Source: Patescibacteria group bacterium
Lineage (GTDB): Bacteria; Patescibacteriota; Minisyncoccia; Phycocordibacterales; SBAW01
Direction: 5' to 3'
NCBI GenBank assembly: GCA_038064795.1
Contig: JBBTSH010000006.1
Span: forward strand, 1 to 36,465
Length of the DNA: 36,465 nt
Part shown: piece after piece, positions 32,112 through 36,465 of the stretch
Position numbering within the stretch: the first letter of the stretch is position 1
Layout: every line of letters starts with the position of its first letter
Notes under the pieces: model-generated
What the model saw: only the letters and a program-made list of their open reading frames with translations
The model's database searches: none
What the model was told of the DNA's origin: nothing
Made by a program: the position numbers and the translations under genes

Positions 32112-32579
32112 GTTCTTTAACCAACTTTTCTCTAAGTAGTGTTCCTCATAATGGCAATTTGGGCAAATTAATTCCAAATTATTCAAGTCGTTGTTATTCC
32201 TATCCCGGTTTTTATGATGTACTTGCAGTATCTCTTCTTTACTATAACCACAACGCTCGCACCCGCTCCCCCTTGTAGCCATCAATCGTAACTTTAGACC
32301 ACGTTGATAAATCACCTTATCGTGCGGCCTCCCCATTTTGTAACGAATACCGGCCCGATGTTTGTTCGCACAGGTTCTACTACAAGTCTTTTTGTTGGAG
32401 CCAGCAAGAATGGGAGTATTACAAATTACACACGGCTTTTCTTTTCTACTTGCGATTCCATAGCACTTTTGACCACAAAATGCCCTGCCTTTACTTCGCT
32501 GAAGCTCGATGGGGCGCCTGTAGATCCTAACGTTGCATACTACGCAGGCAACATTTGGTTTACGTCTGTACTCACCCAT
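32082..32579 (-). CDS. HNH endonuclease with repeated CxxC zinc-finger-like modules
   Basis: HNH core CERCGY....LQVHHKNRDRNNNDLNNLELICPNCH. Upstream CxxC...C..C modules (CVVCN..., CVICN...). I place the start at the ATG at 32579 (TATACT + 6 nt + ATG). The last 10 codons and the stop (UAG) lie inside tRNA-Ser. Confidence 0.75.
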   Translation of the reverse strand: MGEYRRKPNVACVVCNVRIYRRPIELQRSKGRAFCGQKCYGIASRKEKPCVICNTPILAGSNKKTCSRTCANKHRAGIRYKMGRPHDKVIYQRGLKLRLMATRGSGCERCGYSKEEILQVHHKNRDRNNNDLNNLELICPNCHYEEHYLEKSWLKNGGLRRMVRH

Positions 32580-32585
32580 TCGACC

Positions 32586-32629
32586 AGTATACCAAAAAAA
32601 TTCATGAAAACCAGCCTCTACTGTAAACT
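32586..32629. promoter_or_regulatory. Divergent -10-like hexamers for the HNH gene and ruvX (leaderless configuration)
   Basis: Minus strand: TATACT (32586-32591) + 6 nt + ATG (32579). Plus strand: TAAACT (32624-32629) + 6 nt + GTG (32636). Confidence 0.35.
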
Positions 32630-32635
32630 TGCTAT

Positions 32636-33043
32636 GTGAAATACTTAGGTATAGATTACGGCACCAAACGCATTGGGGTTGCAGTATCTGACGACGAAGG
32701 CAGGGTGGCCTTCCCCTTGATGGTGATGGAGTCGGGGGCGCAAGCGCTTTCGGCCGTTGCGGCGCTCGCACAAAAAAATAACGTGCAAAAAATCGTGATA
32801 GGCGAGTCGCGCAACCTGCACAACGAGCCTAACCCGGTGATGGAGGACATTGAACAGTTTAAAAAAGATCTTGAGGAACTCACGAAGCTGCCCGTGGCAT
32901 ACCAGCAGGAGTTTTTTACCAGCACCGAGGCGGCGCGGCAGTTTGCGCCGCAAGACTCGCGCAAGGCCAACCCTGTGCACGAAGCGCTTGACGCCTCGGC
33001 CGCAGCGCTGATTTTACAAAGTTACTTGGACAGTAAAAAATAG
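32636..33043 (+). CDS. ruvX: Putative pre-16S rRNA nuclease / Holliday junction resolvase-like protein YqgF (RuvX)
   Basis: (M)KYLGIDYGTKRIGVAVSD and the motifs ..VIGESRNL.. and ..DASAAALILQSYLD are YqgF-family signatures. GTG start. Confidence 0.8.
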   Translation: MKYLGIDYGTKRIGVAVSDDEGRVAFPLMVMESGAQALSAVAALAQKNNVQKIVIGESRNLHNEPNPVMEDIEQFKKDLEELTKLPVAYQQEFFTSTEAARQFAPQDSRKANPVHEALDASAAALILQSYLDSKK

Positions 33044-33056
33044 TTTCTCCGAGTAC

Positions 33057-33080
33057 GCAAATTTCTTGCTAGAAATTTGC
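33057..33080 (+). other. Perfect 10-bp hairpin downstream of ruvX
   Basis: gcaaatttct (33057-33066), loop tgct, agaaatttgc (33071-33080). No U-run follows, so terminator function is uncertain. Confidence 0.35.
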
Positions 33081-33134
33081 TCAAGCTTCGCGCCAGTCGC
33101 GCTGCAGAGCCTCTACGAAACCAATTTTTTCCTG

Positions 33135-33140
33135 TAGAAT
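33135..33140 (+). promoter_or_regulatory. -10-like hexamer for the csaA-like gene (leaderless configuration)
   Basis: TAGAAT + CGAATT (6 nt) + ATG (33147). Confidence 0.4.
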
Positions 33141-33146
33141 CGAATT

Positions 33147-33476
33147 ATGGATCAAATTTCACTCGACGAGTTTAAAAAAGTTGAAATAACCGTAGGCGAG
33201 ATCATGAGCGCCGAAAAAATAGAAGGCAGCGAGAAGCTGCTTAAACTCAAAGTAAACTTCGGAGCCGAAGAGCGCCAAGTACTCTCGGGTATTGCGGCAT
33301 ACTATCCAGACCCGAGCGCCTTGGTGGGTGTCCGCTGCCCGTTTGTCACCAACCTTGCGCCGCGCACGATGATGGGGCTTGAGAGTCAGGCGATGCTGCT
33401 TGCCACGGGTGGCGACCCAGAAAACCCTTTTTCACTTTTTATATCAACCGCCGCGCCGGGCTCTAAGGTGCGCTAA
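33147..33476 (+). CDS. tRNA-binding OB-fold protein (CsaA/Trbp111/EMAP-II-like domain)
   Basis: FKKVEITVGEI.SAEKIEGSEKLLKLKVNFG.EERQVLSGIA..Y matches the MetRS C-terminal/CsaA tRNA-binding domain pattern. 109 aa. Confidence 0.75.
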   Translation: MDQISLDEFKKVEITVGEIMSAEKIEGSEKLLKLKVNFGAEERQVLSGIAAYYPDPSALVGVRCPFVTNLAPRTMMGLESQAMLLATGGDPENPFSLFISTAAPGSKVR

Positions 33477-33481
33477 CCAGC

Positions 33482-34147
33482 ATGGAAACCGGCGTCACCA
33501 AACATCAAATAATTTCGAGTCTCATCAGCCTCACGGTCATCGTGGGCGGGCTCTACCTTGTCTTCCGTTACTTCGGCATCACCGAAGTTGAGGCCGCGGT
33601 GGAGCGTGCGGGCTTGTGGGCGCCACTTGTCCTCGTTGTTGCCAAAGCGGCAACGATTGTTATTGCACCGCTCGGCGGCTCGCCGCTGTACCCGCTCGCG
33701 GGAGCGCTGTTTGGGTTTTGGAAGGGGACGGGACTCCTCATCTTGGGCGACGCGTTGGGCGGGACTATCGCCTTTTACTTGAGCCGCATCTTTGGCCGGC
33801 ATCTGGTCGAGAAATTAATCGGCGGCGACCAGCAATTTCTTGGCCGCGCGCTGCGCATGATGGGGAGCGTGAAAGGATTTTTTATTGCTCGAGTATGCTT
33901 CATGCCCCTGCCGGAGGTGGTTGCCTATGGCGCAGGGCTCACGCGGATTAATTTTTTTCCATTCATTCTTATCTACACGCCAGTCGGTGCCATCCCGGCG
34001 ATGGTGCTCGCGGGCGTGGGCTCGGTACTGACGATGGGCGATTGGTGGATACTGCCTGCCGCGCTCTTTGCCGGCGCGCTCATCATCCCGATAGGTTTTT
34101 TAGTGTTCCGCTCGGTTTTAAATGAGTGGGAAAAGGCAGGGGAATAG
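33482..34147 (+). CDS. TVP38/TMEM64 (DedA-related) family membrane protein
   Basis: The ...IAPLGGSPLYPLAGALFGFWKGTGLLILGDALGGTIAFYLSRIFGR motif is characteristic of the TVP38/TMEM64/YdjX family. Five to six TM segments. Confidence 0.75.
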   Translation: METGVTKHQIISSLISLTVIVGGLYLVFRYFGITEVEAAVERAGLWAPLVLVVAKAATIVIAPLGGSPLYPLAGALFGFWKGTGLLILGDALGGTIAFYLSRIFGRHLVEKLIGGDQQFLGRALRMMGSVKGFFIARVCFMPLPEVVAYGAGLTRINFFPFILIYTPVGAIPAMVLAGVGSVLTMGDWWILPAALFAGALIIPIGFLVFRSVLNEWEKAGE

Positions 34148-34171
34148 TTTATTATGCCGAGGTGTGGCCTT

Positions 34172-34243
34172 GCCCCTGTAGTTAAATGGATATAACTGCG
34201 GACTTCTAAGCCGCTATTCGAGGTTCGATTCCTCGCGGGGGCG
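34172..34243 (+). tRNA. tRNA-Arg (anticodon UCU)
   Basis: Acceptor gcccctg/cgggggc, D-arm gtta-aatggata-taac, anticodon stem gcgga/gccgc (A-G at 31:39), loop ctTCTaa, T-arm cgagg-ttcgatt-cctcg. Confidence 0.85.
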
Positions 34244-34307
34244 CAGAAAATAATGAGTTATACTATTTGTAGGCTCCTCCTATTATTTTTTTAGTGATAC
34301 GTATTGT

Positions 34308-34781
34308 ATGAAAGAAAATATCATAACCTTCGCGGCCGCAGGGTTGCGTTTTGTGCTCGGCTGGTTCATGTTTTTTGCCGGCATCGAGAAAGTGCTCGAC
34401 CCAAACTGGACGGCAAGCGGTTTTCTTGCAGGCGCCAAGACCTTCCCTGCATTTTACGCATGGTTTGCCTCTCCTGCGCAGAGCGTCTGGGTAGACCCGC
34501 TCAATGCTTGGGGTATCACGTTGGTCGGCGTCGCGCTCCTCATTGGAGTTTCGGTGCGGCCTGCGGCACTTGCAGGCGCGCTTCTCATGATTATCTATTA
34601 CTTCCCGCATGTGGCGTATCCGTTCGTGATACCGCACGGGTTTATTGTCGAAGAGCATATCATCTACGCGGTGGCGTTTGTGCTTGTGGCATATCTGCCC
34701 GCTGCGCGCGCCTTCGGTTTGTCGCGTCTGCTGCGGCAAACATTTCTAGCCCGTGTTCCCCTTATACGCGCGCTCATCTAG
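34308..34781 (+). CDS. DoxX-family membrane protein
   Basis: LRFVLGWFMFFAGIEKV.DP.W.A.GFL is a typical DoxX N-terminus. Four TM helices. 157 aa. Confidence 0.7.
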   Translation: MKENIITFAAAGLRFVLGWFMFFAGIEKVLDPNWTASGFLAGAKTFPAFYAWFASPAQSVWVDPLNAWGITLVGVALLIGVSVRPAALAGALLMIIYYFPHVAYPFVIPHGFIVEEHIIYAVAFVLVAYLPAARAFGLSRLLRQTFLARVPLIRALI

Positions 34782-34825
34782 GCCCAGCTTTACGCGAAGC
34801 CACGGGCACCATAGAATGTGCCTGC

Positions 34826-34898
34826 GCACGCTTAGCTCAGTTGGTAGAGCAACCCGTTTACACCGGGTAGGTCGCAGGTTCGAGTCCTGCAGCGTGCA
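34826..34898 (+). tRNA. tRNA-Val (anticodon UAC)
   Basis: Acceptor gcacgct/agcgtgc, D-arm gctc-agttggta-gagc, anticodon stem acccg/cgggt, loop ttTACac, T-arm gcagg-ttcgagt-cctgc. TAGAAT at 34812-34817 lies 8 nt upstream of the mature 5' end. Confidence 0.9.
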
Positions 34899-34904
34899 CC
34901 CAGT

Positions 34905-35564
34905 ATGGAGCCAACGATTATTTTTGAAGACGACTCAATAATTGTCGTTAATAAACCCGCAGGTTGGCAGGTCATCCCCGACAGGCACGCCGAGCGCAAA
35001 ACGCTTGAAGCGTGGCTCAAAGAAAAATACGGGGAGATTTTTATAGTGCATCGCACCGACCGTGAGACCTCGGGCGTGCTTGTCGTGGCGCGCACCGAAG
35101 CCGCGCGCGATTTTTTGAAAGAGCAATTTAAAAACCGCGAAGTGCAAAAGACCTACCGTGCGTTTGTGTACGGGTTGTTGCCCGAGCGTGGAGTCATCGA
35201 CAAACCCATCGGCTCGACGCGCGGTGGTCTTGGCCCGCGTTCGGCAAAAAATCCGTATGGGCAGTTGCGCGAAGCGACAACCATTTATCGCCGCATCGCT
35301 TACAATGCCGAGGCGTCTTACGCCGAGGTGTTTCCTAAAACCGGCCGCACGCACCAGATCCGCGTGCATATGGCGAGCATTCAGCACCCGATAGTTTGCG
35401 ACCAGTTGTATGCTTCCGGCCGGCCGGCACTCCTCGGGTTTAAACGCCTCGCGCTCCACGCGCTTTCTGTATCCTTCACACATCCCCAGGGCAAGAAAAT
35501 ATCTTTTGAGGCGCCGTTGCCGGAAGATTTTTTGGAGGCAGAGCAAGAATTGCGAAAAGCTTGA
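34905..35564 (+). CDS. RluA-family pseudouridine synthase (no S4 domain)
   Basis: Motifs IIVVNKPAGW, HRTDRETSGVLVVA (catalytic Asp), KTGRTHQIRVHMA and LHA. The start lies 6 nt after the tRNA-Val 3' end. Confidence 0.8.
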   Translation: MEPTIIFEDDSIIVVNKPAGWQVIPDRHAERKTLEAWLKEKYGEIFIVHRTDRETSGVLVVARTEAARDFLKEQFKNREVQKTYRAFVYGLLPERGVIDKPIGSTRGGLGPRSAKNPYGQLREATTIYRRIAYNAEASYAEVFPKTGRTHQIRVHMASIQHPIVCDQLYASGRPALLGFKRLALHALSVSFTHPQGKKISFEAPLPEDFLEAEQELRKA

Positions 35565-35587
35565 GCCCGTGTTACAGTCTTTCGGTC

Positions 35588-36073
35588 ATGGCAGCATCAA
35601 GCGTCAAAATTTCACCAGTCAATATGAGCCAGCGCTCGGCCCTCGGCATCCATGCCGGGGACACGGTGCGTGTCTGGCAGAAAATCGAGGAGCTCAAGAT
35701 CTCGAAAGGCAAAAATAAAAAAGAAGTTACCACCCGCAATGTCCGCCGCCAGGCATTCGAGGGGTTGGTACTCGCGGTGAAGCACGGCACCGAGCCGGGC
35801 GCCACCTTTACGGTGCGCAAGGTGAGCTTGGGCGTGGGGGTGGAGCGCATCTTCCCGCTGTACTCGCCGATGATCGACGAGATCGAAGTGCTGCGCCGCG
35901 CACGCACCCGCCGCGCGAAACTCTACTTTATCCGCCGCAAAGCAACCAAGGAGGCAAGGCACGCGATGCGCAAGCAGCAATCAATCAATATCTCAACCGC
36001 AGACACGGCCGAGGAACCCGCAGCCCCTGCTGAGGAAAACTCTACTCAAGAAGCTCAAACTGCAGTAGAGTAA
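35588..36073 (+). CDS. rplS: 50S ribosomal protein L19 with internal insertion and an acidic/Ala-rich C-terminal extension
   Basis: GDTVRVWQKI......RRQAFEGLVLAVKHGTEPGATFTVRKVSLGVGVERIFPLYSPMIDEIEVLRRARTRRAKLYFIR matches L19. Start uncertain: 35561, 35588 or 35621, all in frame. An extra ~45 aa tail follows. Confidence 0.8.
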   Translation: MAASSVKISPVNMSQRSALGIHAGDTVRVWQKIEELKISKGKNKKEVTTRNVRRQAFEGLVLAVKHGTEPGATFTVRKVSLGVGVERIFPLYSPMIDEIEVLRRARTRRAKLYFIRRKATKEARHAMRKQQSINISTADTAEEPAAPAEENSTQEAQTAVE

Positions 36074-36088
36074 CTTTGTTCGACATAC

Positions 36089-36130
36089 TGCCCGGCCTGC
36101 CTGCCGGTAGGCAGGGTGTTGAAATTGGTA
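36089..36130 (+). pseudogene. Interrupted duplicate of the 5' part of tRNA-Leu(GAG)
   Basis: tgcccgg (36089-36095) equals 36394-36400. gggtgttgaaattggta (36114-36130) equals 36399-36415. The two pieces are separated by a hairpin-forming insert, cctgcc-tgccggta-ggcagg (36096-36115). Confidence 0.6.
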
Positions 36131-36141
36131 ATTAACTAAAT

Positions 36142-36375
36142 ATGTTTTGGGTTTATGCGTTAAAAAGCGTAGTAAGAAACTATATATACGTCGGCCTAAG
36201 TTCAAATGTTGAGCGGAGGTTGAGGGAGCATAATTCTGGGAAGTTAAGAACTTCGAAACCGTACCGACCCTTTAATCTCATTTATAAAAAAGAGTTCGCG
36301 ACAAGAGCCGAAGCAAGAGATGAGGAAAAGCGCTTAAAGACCGGTAGTGGAAAAGAGTTCCTAAAGTCTCTATAA
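36142..36375 (+). CDS. Small stand-alone GIY-YIG nuclease-domain protein
   Basis: WVYALKS..RNYIYVGLSSNVERRLREHNSG contains the GIY...YIG, Arg and (E)HN motifs, and the ..AR..E..LK.. motif follows. 77 aa. TAATTA (36129-36134) + 7 nt + ATG. Confidence 0.8.
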   Translation: MFWVYALKSVVRNYIYVGLSSNVERRLREHNSGKLRTSKPYRPFNLIYKKEFATRAEARDEEKRLKTGSGKEFLKSL

Positions 36376-36394
36376 TCAAAAAGTTCGATCGTTT

Positions 36395-36465
36395 GCCCGG
36401 GTGTTGAAATTGGTAGACATTTATCCTTGAGGTGGATAAGCCCGCAAGGGCGTGGAGGTTCGAGT
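36395..36465 (+). tRNA. tRNA-Leu (anticodon GAG), truncated by the window end
   Basis: Acceptor 5' strand gcccggg, D-loop aaattggtaga, anticodon stem tatcc/ggata, loop ttGAGgt, long variable arm gcccgcaagggc, and the T-arm start ggaggttcgagt. TATAAT at 36371-36376 lies 18 nt upstream. Confidence 0.85.

Noticed and set aside
32580-32771. N-terminal 64-aa extension of the HNH ORF (track start 32771)
   Set aside because: It overlaps the ruvX coding region on the other strand and is Pro/Arg-rich shadow sequence. The ATG at 32579 is preceded by TATACT at the standard 6-nt distance.
36131-36394. The GIY-YIG cassette as a group I intron interrupting tRNA-Leu
   Set aside because: The insert is only ~265 nt and almost entirely ORF, leaving no room for a group I catalytic core. 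The position (D-loop) differs from the classical anticodon-loop tRNA-Leu introns. The downstream tRNA copy is complete on its own.
1-36465. CRISPR arrays, rRNA genes, transposases or IS elements, and alternative genetic code (UGA recoding)
   Set aside because: I found no regularly spaced direct repeats, no rRNA-like segments, and no transposase or integrase motifs. TGA, TAA and TAG all terminate well-conserved genes at expected lengths (for example dnaA TGA, dnaN TAA), so the standard bacterial code fits.

Overview
The window is compact and almost fully coding. It reads as the chromosomal replication-origin neighbourhood of a small-genome bacterium. A CPR/Patescibacteria (Parcubacteria-like) origin is my inference from gene content, not something I could test.

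The core backbone is rpmH-rnpA-yidC-jag on the minus strand, divergent from dnaA-dnaN, with DnaA-box clusters on both sides of dnaA. Other housekeeping genes are a class A PBP, tyrS, ruvB/yebC-like/ruvC, an orphan pilB/gspE-type ATPase, tsaE, polA, a nudix gene, a trmH-family gene, a murE-like gene, ruvA, rpsT, ruvX, a csaA-like gene, an rluA-family gene and rplS. There are seven tRNA genes: Lys-UUU, Arg-GCG, Arg-CCG, Ser-UGA, Arg-UCU, Val-UAC and a partial Leu-GAG.

The most notable block is 0.4-9.9 kb. It holds a minimal type IV secretion-like cluster directly beside the origin genes, with no relaxase, integrase or lytic transglycosylase in view. Its parts are:
- a VirD4/TraD-like ATPase with no membrane anchor
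- a PrgI/VirB3-like protein
- a stand-alone ORF resembling a VirB4 N-terminal domain
- a VirB4-like ATPase
- a Gly-rich membrane protein
- a three-repeat secreted protein
- a VirB2/T4SS-pilin-like protein preceded by a nested perfect inverted repeat
- a membrane-anchored beta-propeller-like protein

Other signals worth a second look:
- TAnnnT -10-like hexamers sit 6-7 nt upstream of the start codon at about 15 operon heads, implying leaderless mRNAs.
- Two nuclease genes are physically entangled with tRNA genes. An HNH ORF ends inside tRNA-Ser, and a GIY-YIG ORF is bracketed by duplicated tRNA-Leu 5' sequence.
- A roughly 300-nt unassigned, highly self-complementary intergenic region lies at 20.36-20.66 kb.
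- A small orphan-gene islet between tRNA genes (30.5-32.6 kb) contains oppositely oriented intrinsic terminators.

All homology calls come from motif recognition by eye. No database search was run.
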